Source: Octopus sinensis
Lineage: Eukaryota
Direction: 5' to 3'
DNA length: 64,000 bases
Assembly: GCF_006345805.1 (NCBI RefSeq)
Contig: NC_043003.1
Span: 64,914,001-64,978,000, forward strand
In this document: one piece after another, positions 49,786-61,119 of the stretch
How the letters are laid out: the number at the start of each line of letters is the position of its first letter
How positions within the stretch are numbered: the stretch's first letter is position 1
Translations under genes and position numbers: made by a program
The notes under the pieces: generated by a model
The model's database searches: none
What the model saw: the letters and a program-made list of their open reading frames with translations, nothing else
Told to the model about the DNA's origin: nothing

Positions 49786-52262
49786 TATCTCACACTACAT
49801 AGTTAATTGGTTCCAGGAGACAGGACTTAAGTCGAATTAACTTGTCTCTAGGCTAGGCCGAATTTACTTGTCTCTAGGCTAAACATGATAATAACCATTC
49901 CCAGTTCTCTACTATATTTATGAATGCATTTTCAATAATACGTGGTTAATAAAAACCTATTTTAAGCTTACAAACAAATGATTTTTATTGTTTAATACAG
50001 TACAGTGAAAAAAGTAATCTAAATTTACGAATACTTTTTGGCGGTGTTTACCGTACATCGCGGATGCTTTATTTATGAATGCGGTTTGAAATAAGACATG
50101 GTAAAATAAAGCCATTTTTAAGCTTAAAAAACAAATTCAGTAATTATTATTATTTTTCAATAGTAAAAAAAAAAGCTAACTTATTTCAAATTTACCAATA
50201 CGTACATACAATTTGGTGGTTTACATCGCGGATGTAGATGGTTGTGGATCGTCAACATCAACAACTGACTCTGGCTGTTCTTGTTGTTCGATGCGCTAAA
50301 AAAACCGGTTGAGAGTTCCTTGAATTGTCTTCTTCTTTTCCTCAAGGATTACTTTATAAGGAGCAACAGCTTCGTGACAAGCCCCCATAATGCTGGAAAA
50401 GCGTTGAGCATTTGGATCCATATTCTCGAATATAGAAAATTCTTTTTCGATGTATGCAAATGCTTGCTGCATTTTCTTTATTTTGCTGCTGGCGAAGCTC
50501 TATCAAATCCTCGTTCGTCAGGGACTGCATGTCTTTTTCAAATAAATCTGTGAAATCCTCCTCCTCCAAATCTATTTCCAGTTCTTTGCTCGTAGTCACC
50601 AAACCCCTTAAAATCATTCGCGAAATGCGGGCAAAGCTTCTTCCAAACACCACTCACAGCCGTGCTCTGTACATCATTCCCTGCCGCTGCTATGTTCTGT
50701 ACAGCCTTACAGATATCGTATGTCTTCCAAAAGTCACGAAGTGTGATGGCCTCATCAAGATCAGTTGCAGCTATTGCTTGCCGCAGCGTATGCTCCCTAT
50801 AGTAACACTTGACAGTAGCAATTATTCCCTGATTCATTGGCTGCAGAAGAGACGTGGTGTTCGGAGGGCGGGGCTATACGACGGTAACGTTGGGGTAAAA
50901 ATCTACGATGTTTTGCGGGTGGCCAGGAGCATTATCTAAGATAGGTAAAACCTTAAAAGTAATTCCCTTCTCTTTACAGTACTTCTCTGCTGCTGGGATA
51001 AAATGATTGAAAAACCAATCTTCAAAAACAACAACAGTAACCCATGCTTTTGAATTAGCCATCCATATAACAGGGAGAGATGCCTTGGGTCTGTTCTTCA
51101 GGGCACGGGGGTTATGTGCATGATACATAAGCAATGGCGTTAACTTAAAATCTCCTGCACAATTACCTCCCAGCATAATGGTCACACGTAGCTTTCTCCT
51201 CCTTGGAAATGAATGAACGGTCTTGCAATTTATTCCAATACAATCCAGTTTTGTTTACGTTAAAAATCTATTAGGGAAGAAACCTGTTTTTTTTTTTCGA
51301 TGAGTTTCTTTAATGCATTAGGAAATTCCGCTGCTGCTTGTTCATCAGCTGAGGCACTTTCACCTTGGTTCTTAATGGAGTGATAACTTCTTCGCTCCTT
51401 AAGTCTCATGAACCATCTTTGACTTTCCTTGAACTCTACATCATTCTCATCTGGATTTTTTTCTTCAGGTCCTTAAAGACAACGCTTTCTCTTGAATGAT
51501 TTCTTGGTTAATAGTAGCACGATGACGATTCAACCTAACAAGCCAAAGAAAAAAAAGACTTTGCATCTTTTCTTATTGATGACAGTGTTCTTCATCCCTG
51601 GGGCTTCATATTTGGTATTTGCTAAAATCTTGTCCTTATCATGTACAATCGTCGGTACAGTTGTCCGACCCATCCCAAAAGATCGTGCAGTTCCTACCAC
51701 TTTTTCACCTTTTTGATGGCGTTTTATCATAGCCAGTTTATTTTCCAGTGTTATAACATGATGCTTAGCACTTTCACTATGAATTTTCTTAGGAGCCCTG
51801 GGGGCAAAAAATAAAGTCACAAGTGAATGAGAATGAGAAAGTAGCAGATAAACAGACGTAAACAAATCTGAATACAAAACAGTTGCGGGAATCACGAGGA
51901 TCAACGACGCCTAACGGTAGATATTGGAACTAAAATGCAATATCAGCTCAAAAAGACCGATAAATAAGACAAACACAGCTGATGTCCTGATTTCGTTCAC
52001 TAAACTACACCACTTTATGGTGTGCATCTTAACATTTACTGTACGTATTTTAATATGATTTTATATGCTTTTATTCCTATTTATTGGACAGTAACATGAT
52101 TTTATGTGCTTTTAACGGTTTTCTAGTGATTTTACGATTCCAATATTTTTGGCGGACAGATGTAAAGTCGAGTAAAATGACTTAACTTGATTTTTATTTT
52201 CCCACATATTATTTTTGGAAACAGACGTATAAAGGAAAACGATTTAAGTCGATGTATTCCTG
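49780..52262 (-). mobile_element. pogo/Tigger-family DNA transposon relic (CENP-B HTH + DDE_1), frameshifted
   Basis: ITLENKLAMIKRHQKGEK (HTH), GNCAGDFKLTP, NPRALKN, WMANSKAWVT, LDNAPGHP, MNQGIIATVKCYY. Terminus TA|CAGGAATACATCGACTTAAATCG at 52262. Left boundary uncertain. Confidence 0.92.
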
Positions 52263-52282
52263 TATATATATATATATATATA

Positions 52283-52317
<35 letters not shown>

Positions 52318-52329
52318 TATATATATGTA

Positions 52330-52360
<31 letters not shown>

Positions 52361-52670
52361 ATCTGTGTGTGTGTTTATATTCAGTTATAATAAAAAGGAT
52401 TTTACATTCATCTGATGGGCTACTCCATGTTATTGTAGAGCACACATTTATTTTCTTTGGACAAAAATATTATTGACAGTAACTTCGAATTTCCGACTAG
52501 TTCACCCATAGCCAATGGATCAACTAACTGAAATTTCGAAATCAGTCAATAATATTCTTGTTAAAGAATAATTATATTATGCGTGTGTGTGTGTGTGCGC
52601 ACGAGTGGAGCGTGCTTGTTTGTGTGTGTGTTTATGTGTGTGTGTGTGTGTGTGTCTGTGTGTGTGTGTG

Positions 52671-52709
<39 letters not shown>

Positions 52710-53267
52710 AACTCTGAATCTTTGAACTTTCTTGCGCTTGTATTTTTATAATCATACTTTTATAAATATTTATGTTGCAAGGCTAATTGATTAGAAACCA
52801 TTTCATATATTTATATGGATTATCTTGTGGCATCGAGTTCTTACACTAACTAAAATAATATTATAAAACCTCAATAGTATTCTCCTTCAATTGGTTTCCC
52901 CTATTAGTCTGATTTGTATTTGTCGGACCTGGCAAATCTGAGAATGTAAATTGCCAAAAGTGCGGGCCCTAAAGATCAGAGTGGTTGTTCCAGCACATCT
53001 CTGTTGCCATCCTCCGAATCATCGTGACATTTCCCAAAATTCAGATGGTTTCTAGTCCACTATATCCACTCACTTTTTCTCAACTACAATTTTATCTTTA
53101 TACTCTCCGACGCCGTCTGCCGTTCATCAACACATCATACACTTCCTGAAAAAAATGTAGACAAAAACAGTCAAATTTAACCAGATCATCCTGTATGTAT
53201 GTATGTATGTATGTATGTATGTATGTATGTATGTATGTATGTATGTATGTATGTATGTATGTATGTA

Positions 53268-54490
53268 TTGAAATGGGCTCCGACATTTTCCCTCTAACAT
53301 TCATCCTACCATTCATGTCTTCATGAAAAGACCTAGGAACTTTTCAGGACACCCAAGTTTCAGGAGGACTTTCCACAATGCTTTTCTATTGACGGTATCA
53401 AAGGCTTTTGACAGATCGACAAAAACCTGATACAAATCCAGACCCTGTTCCACACACTTCTCCTGAAGCTGTCTAGCTGAAAAGATCATATCAGCAGTGC
53501 CACGTTCCACACGAAAGCCAGATTGACTTTCTGGAAGAACACAATCTGCAACGTATTTCAGCAGACGATCCAGAAGTACCCTGCATAAAACCTTTCCTAC
53601 GACAGACAGCAATGATACTCCCCTATAATTACCACAATCATATCGACACCACCTTAAACAACTGGAACGTTTCCATCAGATGTATCTCAGACGGATCTAT
53701 GGCATTAAGTGGAAGGACCGCATCAGTGATCTTGAAATATTGGATGGCTCTCGGTGTGAAAGTATAGAAGCTCTTGTGCTAAAGCAAAGGCTCAGATGGC
53801 GTGGTCATCTGGTTAGGATGAAGGATTCAAGGATGCCAAAACATATCTTTTATAGAGAGTTAGCTAAAGGAGAACGACCTCCACATAAACCAAAAAAGAG
53901 GTATAAGGACTTGCTGAAGGTTTCCTTAAGAGATGCTTGCATCTCTCCTGACACATTGGAAGGCATAGCTATTGATCGTAGCAGGTGGAGAAGGATTGTG
54001 CTCGAGGTGACAGCCACTTTTGAGAAATCTCGAGTTGCTCATGAGAAAGTAAGGAGGGATATCAGGAAAGGCATGGCTGTTACACTTCCAGATGGGAAGG
54101 GTCTTCCTATGATGCTGACATGCAGTGTCTGTGCAAGACCCTGCCTCAGTAAAGCTGGACTCAAGAGTCATCTTTGTAGTCATAAAGCGAGACAGATGAG
54201 TGACAACCTGGCCACTGGTAGTGGTGTAACACACCATACTAATCATATATATCGGGTATGTGGAAGAGAGTGTAATTCGGCAGGAGGACTTAAACGACAT
54301 GCAAAGGTACATGAAGCCAAGTTACTTCTGCAGCCGGCTATTACCGGTAAAGGTTTTAGTTGCCTGTACATGATATTGTAGATCTTTAGCTGGGCTAAAA
54401 AGTCACATTCGATCACAGCACCAGTAACAGTTAAGTTCGTGCAATGGCCATACTCGATAACGAGGGGGCATCCATCGTGTATGTATGTAA
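53268..54490. mobile_element. RTE-clade LINE insertion: inverted RT segment (-, 53268-53649) joined to forward 3' segment (+, 53650-54490) with three C2H2 fingers
   Basis: Minus: DCGNYRGVSLLSVVGKVL, LPESQSGFR, DLSKAFDTVNR. Plus: LERFHQ..LRRI, RLRWRGHLVRM, CSVCARPC...HLCSH, CGREC...HAKVH, CRSLAGLKSHIRSQH. Tail GTATGTATGTA. Confidence 0.93.
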
Positions 54491-54759
54491 GTAAACGTAC
54501 CTCAGTCAAGTACCAGATTATCTTCGCAATTTCGGCTGAATTTACTTGAGATTGCTCCAATCTGGCCAGTCCCAAGGAAAAACTAGGCTAAGAGCATTAG
54601 ATTCCTTTCAAGAAAGCAGCGAATGTATACAAAAACAAGGACGAAAAAAAAACGGACAATGTTACACAAATACAGTAATAACAGGACATAACAACAGGTG
54701 TCTTTAGACAAAGGACGAATTAAATTAAGCTGGCGTTTATGGAAATGAAGCCTAGCACA

Positions 54760-54930
54760 AATCTATACGACGATTTTCTTTCAGTTTCCTTTACCAAATC
54801 TACTACAAAGGTCTTGCTTGACACAGGGCTGTTGCAGGAGATACTATCCGAAGGTGGCACGCAATGACACTTTGGGGCTGAACCCGAAAGTATGCGGTTG
54901 GGAAGCAAACATCTTATCAGACAGCAGTTA
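54760..54930 (-). mobile_element. SINE family B 5' fragment
   Basis: TTTCAGTTTCC..TACCAAATC...GCTGAACCCG...GGTTGGGAAGCAAAC. Confidence 0.7.
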
Positions 54931-56037
54931 TGTTAATGCCTAGGAAACATGACAAAAATGAATAAATATATTTTTAAAAATGATAAAAAGAAAGGAAATC
55001 ACGGTAACAACATGTATGAAACTCCGGAAGTTTTGAATACTGACATCCGACTAAATATTTATTTATCCCTTTCACAGCGAATTGGCTGAAAGAGTTGAAT
55101 CCCACGCCATTTTTTATTATCTTCATTCTGAGCTCAAATTCCATACAGATCGAATTTGCCACTCGATAAAGAAAGAGAACCTCTAATATCATCGATACAA
55201 TTTGTCTATAACACTTCTCCTATTAGAAAATTTGGCCTTTTGCCTAATCAAAAGAAAACATTATATCTTTCATGTCAGGTCCATTTCAAAATGATTTACT
55301 CTTCTGGAACGTTTCTATAACAAAAATATTTAAAAATAACAACAATATTGATACAAATAATTAATCAACACATTTCTCAGTTCCGCGTTTCCTTTACACT
55401 CAGCAACACCAAAGTTTGAAGAAGAGGAAACAATAATAAGCACTTCTACTCGTTTTAATGCGAAGCTGTCAATGTTTCTGAAGCCTATGAAAATTCGATA
55501 CTTTTATTGAGTTGCAAACAGAGTAAGCAAAGAAATCTACGTTACACTGATCAAATGACGTGTTGCCTGCCATACGAATATTTTGCAAGCATTTTTATTG
55601 CCATTTTCATATACTACATCTTTCTCTCTCTTTTTCTTTCTTTAAATCTTTGCTCTCTCTCTCTCTCTCTCTTGCTCTTTTTCTCTCTCATTCTTGCTCT
55701 CTCCTAGTGTATATATTGGTTAACAACGCATGTATGTATGCTTATTGTGGGTTAATAAAGCATGTATGTATATACATATATATACATAGATATACATGCA
55801 TATACATACATATACAAACATACTAATGTATGCGTGTGTGTGTGAGTGTGTGTGTTTGTGTGTGCAAGTATGTATGAAATAGTTAAATAGATAAGCAGAT
55901 AGATAGATTGATAGATAGATAGATAAATAGATAGATAGATAGACAGATAGATAGATAATAGATAGATAGATACACGGATGGATAAATGGATGAATAGAAA
56001 GCTATGTCTTTCGGTGTGGCGTTTCATTTATATCTTC

Positions 56038-56994
56038 ACTAGCAGTATCGCCCGGCGTTGCTCAGGTTTGTAAGGGAAATAACTATAAAGCATTTTTAGA
56101 GAGTTATAGCCAAAAAATAGCAAAAAAATGGGAAAAAAATGATGGTAAATTTTTTTTGAGAGTTAAAAAAGGTGGAGTTGCGTCCCCTAGACGGTCTGTG
56201 GTTTGGGTTTCTGATTCTCGACCCCATGTCGAATTTATCGATTTTTTTCAGAACTGGGGGAACTTTTCAAAATTTTCGCTGCGTTAGTTTTGAATTATGA
56301 CATTGGGCTATGCGTGTGTCAAGTTTCATCAGAATCGGTTGAAAGCCGTGGTCAGGGTGAGGGTACAACCTGACAGACACACACACAGACAAACTGCCGT
56401 TTATATAGAGAGAGATTTCATTAAAAACTATCCATTTTTTTGAAAGTTATGAACAAACAAATGCTGACTCGCCCGAATTTTCCGAAATTCCTCTTCCCAT
56501 TGATGGAAAATTTTTTTACAACAAATTCCGATTATATTCAGATATTTTTTTACAACAAATTCCGATTATATTCAGATTTTACATCATCTGACACGAATTT
56601 ATAGAAAACTAGCAGTATCGCCCGGCGTTGCTCAGGTTTGTAAGGGAAATAACTATAAAGCATTTTTAGAGAGTTATAGCCAAAAAATAGCAAAAAAATG
56701 GGAAAAAAATGATGGTAAATTTTTTTTGAGAGTTAAAAAAGGTGGAGTTGCGTCCCCTAGACGGTCTGTGGTTTGGGTTTCTGATTCTCGACCCCATGTC
56801 GAATTTATCGATTTTTTTCAGAACTGGGGGAACTTTTCAAAATTTTCGCTGCGTTAGTTTTGAATTATGACATTGGGCTATGCGTGTGTCAAGTTTCATC
56901 AGAATCGGTTGAAAGCCGTGGTCAGGGTGAGGGTACGAGAAAACAGACACACAGAAACACGCACAGACAAACTGCCGTTTATATAGAGAGAGAT
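56038..56994 (+). mobile_element. two head-to-tail copies of a non-autonomous rolling-circle (Lep1/DINE-like Helitron) element
   Basis: Copies at 56038-56416 and 56608-56994 (period 570), identical over about 330 bp. 5' ACTAGCAGTATCGCCCGGCGTTGC. 3' AAGTTTCATCAGAATCGGTTG...(CAGA)n-like microsatellite...TTTATATAGAGAGAGAT. Confidence 0.75.
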
Positions 56995-57130
56995 TTAGAG
57001 AAATGAACGATGAAAAAATCAAATTATCGTGGGGGACTAGTTTACATAGAGGTCATAAATGTACAAAGAGGACAAACATACATACATACATACATACATA
57101 CATACATACATACATACAAACATACATACA

Positions 57131-57164
<34 letters not shown>

Positions 57165-57214
57165 GTTCTTTATATACATATATTTGCTTTTGCAAATCTA
57201 TAATCTAATGGAAG

Positions 57215-57273
57215 GTTGCGCTGAGGACGGGAATGAGTTATTTATAATTCTAACCCAGAAACGCGTCCGTAAC
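57215..57273 (+). ncRNA. minimal type I hammerhead ribozyme (Penelope-like terminal repeat, about 57190-57436)
   Basis: GTTGCG-CTGAGGA-CGGG..GAGTTA(TTTA)TAATTC..CCCA-GAAAC-GC-GT-C-CGTAAC. All core nucleotides present, 6-bp stem I, ACGCGT palindromic stem III, GUC cleavage site after 57267. Confidence 0.88.
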
Positions 57274-57438
57274 TGACCGAAGACTTTGTTTTCATTATTT
57301 TTCTTTCTTTTTACATATGTGAGTTACATGTATATGTTATATGTGGAGTTATATTTGTAGAAAATAGAAATAAGCGGTTTTTGACTGCTTTTTCTAAATT
57401 TTCGGTATGTGGCTAAGCAACATGTTGCTTACCCTATT

Positions 57439-57517
<79 letters not shown>

Positions 57518-57523
<6 letters not shown>

Positions 57524-58116
57524 GCCCGCTTACGTTCATGGTGTGCTAAATTTTTTCTTGAGAACAACCTTTAGTGGCTAGCGTAAGGGAGTTCACTTTT
57601 AGTGAATTCCCTCTCATATATGTATTAATAATATTTACTGAATCTCAGTTTTTTATGCGCTAAACCATTGGTGTTAAACTGTTATTATTAAATTAATATA
57701 CAATTTTTCACCCTCATTTCGATTTTAATTCTTAATTAATATTGTTCTCAAACCGGCGTTAACTACTGCAGTGAATTGTTTATGCGGTATTTATTTCCGG
57801 AAATTTGGCGCGCTGGACGAGGGCATTTGAATATAACTATGAATGTAATTGGCCGTACTGCTCGCATTTTTGGCCGCGTGTTAATATATGGCGTACAGTT
57901 CAACAAATTATATTCTTGATAGACTCTACTGACGATCTACGAATTAATTGTGTAAGTAAAATTGCATGATTTATTAACAGTGAAACAATTGTATGGGGTT
58001 AATCTATATTTTTGTTATTCTTCATTTGTCCTGCCCGCTTACGTTCATGGTGTGCTAATTTTTTTCTTGAGAACAACTTTTAGTGGCTAGCGTAAAGGAG
58101 TTCACTTTTAGTGGAT

Positions 58117-58127
<11 letters not shown>
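57518..58127 (+). mobile_element. 509-bp unit with ~100-bp terminal direct repeats in a (TA)n array, containing a hammerhead motif (57918-58004)
   Basis: Repeats 57518-57616 and 58027-58127 differ at only a few positions. GACTCTA-CTGACGA-(46 nt)-GAAAC-AATT-GT-A-TGGGGTT. Stem I extends with GAT/ATC. Confidence 0.75.
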
Positions 58128-58150
<23 letters not shown>

Positions 58151-58384
58151 GTTAACATAATATGTCTAAAAGTTGAACCATTTATTGATCCCCTCCATTT
58201 TCTTATTGCTATATATATATACATACGTGTGCGTGGACGTGTGTGTGTGTGTGTGTGTGTACAAACATATACATATATGAATGATAGTACAACATGAGAA
58301 ACTGTAAACTTGGATTCCAAGGAAAATGAATTAAAAAGGTTTGCTATGCCTTCAGCAGGATTTGAAGACAAAACTGTTCCTCGT

Positions 58385-58595
58385 TTATTCAAATATGTGT
58401 ACATTTGGGGGGAGGGAGATAGTCGATTACATTGGCACCAGTGTGTAACTGGTACTTATTTAATCGGACCCGAAAGGATGAAAGGCAAAGTCGACCTCGG
58501 TGGAATTTGAACTCAGAACATAGCGACGGGCGAAATACCGCTAAGCATTTCGTCCAGCGTGCTCACGATTCTGCCAGCTCACTGCCTTATCCGCC
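58385..58595 (-). mobile_element. SINE family A copy
   Basis: GAAAGGATGAAAGGCAAAGTCGACCTCGG...GATTCTGCCAGCTCACTGCCTT. Confidence 0.88.
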
Positions 58596-58602
58596 TTAAT
58601 AC

Positions 58603-58635
<33 letters not shown>

Positions 58636-58669
58636 CGACAATAATAATAATAGTAACAACAACAACAAC

Positions 58670-58702
<33 letters not shown>

Positions 58703-58989
58703 TATAATAATACACAAAACAGAAGTGAGAGAGAAGGGGAACACAGAAGAGTTTAGTCGTTTAAACATAGAAATTTAAATATTTCCTAAAACAGGGCTGT
58801 TCCTGCTGTGAGAGAGTAAAGAAAGAAAAAGAAATGGATGATTTCAATTTTCTCGAAGAAGCTGCAGTTATTTCTATCCCAGTTCAGAGTTAGCTGAATT
58901 GAGTCAGCCTGGAAATTCGCAAGTGGTAAAAATATATATCGCCAACAGGGGAAGATACTGCTGTGTTGTGTGAGGAGATATATAACGGG

Positions 58990-59480
58990 AAAAAGTACAT
59001 GCCTGAAAGAGAATGAGAAAGAGAGGGGGCAGAGTGCAGAGAGGAAGAGAGAGAGAGAAAGAGAAAGAGAGACAAGAAGGGAGACAGAGGATGAAGAGAG
59101 AGAGAGAAAGAGAGACGGGAAGGAAGAGAGAGGAGAAAGAGAGAGAGAGAGAAAGAGAGAATAGTAAGAGAGAAGGGGAGAGAAGAAGAGAGAGGGAGAC
59201 AGAAAGAGAAAGAGAGAGAGGGGAAAAGAGAGAGAGAGAAAGAGAGATAGGAGGGAGAGAGAGAGAAAGAAAGGGAAAGACAGACAGAGGGAGAGAGAGG
59301 GATAGAAAGAGGGAAAGGGAGAGGGGTGGAAGAGAAATAGAGAGAGGATGAAAGGGAGAGAGAAATAGAGAGAGAGAGGCAGACAGCCGGCCGGACAGAT
59401 AGACAGAAGGAGAGAGAGAGAGGATGGGAGAGGGAGAAAGAAAGGGCGAGGGAGAGAAAGAGGAAGGGAGAGAGAGCAAC
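58990..59480. repeat. ~490-bp polypurine (AG-rich) tract
   Basis: Direct reading; very few pyrimidines on the + strand. Confidence 0.95.
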
Positions 59481-59512
59481 AGAATTTAGTAGTTTAAAAA
59501 TGTCAGTCACTA

Positions 59513-59945
59513 ATTGATGCTCGGAGACCCGACATTGTTGTAGTGGATATTAGGAGGAAGGAAGCCAATATTATATGTTATTCCTGGGAGCGCACGCGTA
59601 GGAGACAAATTGTTGCAAAAGGTGACAAAAATAAAAGTTCCTAAAAGACGAAATTGCAAGAATGTGAGTAATGAGGAGAGTAAGTGACATCCCCGTAGTT
59701 GTAGGGGCACTCTGAACCCTAAGAACCAAGTTCGAGAAATATGTTGGAAAAATTGGAATTGGCGTGAGATGTTCAAAAATTTGCTCTATTGGCGAAAGCG
59801 AGGATTTTGAGATTGGTACTTGTGTGTTAAGTATCGCAGAAAAAGATCCTGTGATAGCTTTGACAACAGGTTGATGTCCGATCTCACAGAATTAATCAGA
59901 GCAAATAAAATTGAGTGCTTTGAGAAGTGAAAAGTGAAATGGAAA
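59513..59945 (+). mobile_element. R4/Dong-type RLE 3' fragment 1
   Basis: IDARRPDIVVVDIRRKEANII, IPVVVGAL, ALLAKARILRLVL, followed by 3' UTR. Confidence 0.8.
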
Positions 59946-59953
59946 AAATAAAT

Positions 59954-60286
59954 GGGGGAGCATCATAGCCATGTGTTGAGAGGAATTCTTTTGGGTTTGG
60001 ATAATTAACTTCTGGAAACAGGTGTTTCATTTAACATTCTTAGCCGACCGTTATTCAGGTACCTTCTGAGCAGGATGGTCTACTCGACATGAAGAAAATT
60101 CTAACTGGGTCTCAACTGCAAGGTCGTGTGCTGTTTGTCTTGATGTGAGATCACCATGTTGCACACACATGGTTGTGATGCATGTGCCTGGTGTACCCTT
60201 ATCAGACGGGTAGTCATTATGAGTATACTGGGCGTCGTATATTTTACCCCAGTGTCACTTTGATGGCATGCACTGCTCTCTCACTC
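59954..60286 (+). mobile_element. 5'-truncated copy of the (TAA)-associated non-coding element
   Basis: Homologous to about 11365-11697. Ends CACTC|AATAATAAT. Confidence 0.85.
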
Positions 60287-60440
60287 AATAATAATGATGA
60301 TGATGATACATACATAAATACATACATACATACATACATACATACATACATACATACATACATACATACATACATGCATAGGAGAGTATTGCAGTTCGCT
60401 TGAGGTATATTGTAATGTATAATTTTTGTAAATAATAATG

Positions 60441-60511
<71 letters not shown>

Positions 60512-60810
60512 GATCTGGAAAAAGAGGTAACTCGAGTGTGGAATCTAAAATCATAAACAATCCCTATCATAGTAGTCGCATTAGGTATCATAAAAATATT
60601 CAGACAAATACATAACAAAAACACCAGGACTTACAAATATATATAACATACAGAAAATTGCACTACTGGGCACTGCACACATCCTACACAAAACACTTTC
60701 AATACAGTAACCATCAGAGCATCACAACAAATCACAGCACATACCCAAGGCACACAAAGCTGCGCTCGGTAGTGAAGTGAAAGCACGCTATAAAAATAAA
60801 ACTATTGAAT
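60512..60810 (+). mobile_element. R4/Dong-type 3' fragment 2
   Basis: DLEKEVTRVWNLK, IPIIVVALG, NIQKIALLGTAHILHKTLSIQ*. Between (TAA)n arrays. Confidence 0.88.
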
Positions 60811-60826
60811 GATAATAATAATAATA

Positions 60827-61090
60827 TTAAGTGCGTTGGGAATCATAAAGAAGGGAGCTGAGAAGTATATTAAGCAACTCCCTGGTAACGCCAATCTCCA
60901 TGAACTACAAAAGATAACCTTGATGGGTGCAGCCCATATACTATGGAAAGCACTCTCCATCTAATATGGAATAAATGTGGTGATAATTTTAGAATGCATA
61001 GCAAAACAAAAGTGCCCTTGCTACTCTTGACCTCTGGACGATACCTGGTACTAAGGCAGCTGTAATAAAATTATAATGAAATGAAACCAT
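60827..61090 (+). mobile_element. R4/Dong-type 3' fragment 3
   Basis: [45 protein letters not shown] (stop 60962-60964). The 3' UTR ends in AAT repeats. Confidence 0.85.
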
Positions 61091-61119
61091 AAATGATAAT
61101 AATAGTAATAATAATCCGT

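Noticed and set aside
57518-58127. TRIM/LTR element interpretation (repeats begin TG and end CA)
   Set aside because: No TGG primer-binding site after either repeat and no polypurine tract in the expected position on either strand; no TSD can be defined in (TA)n.
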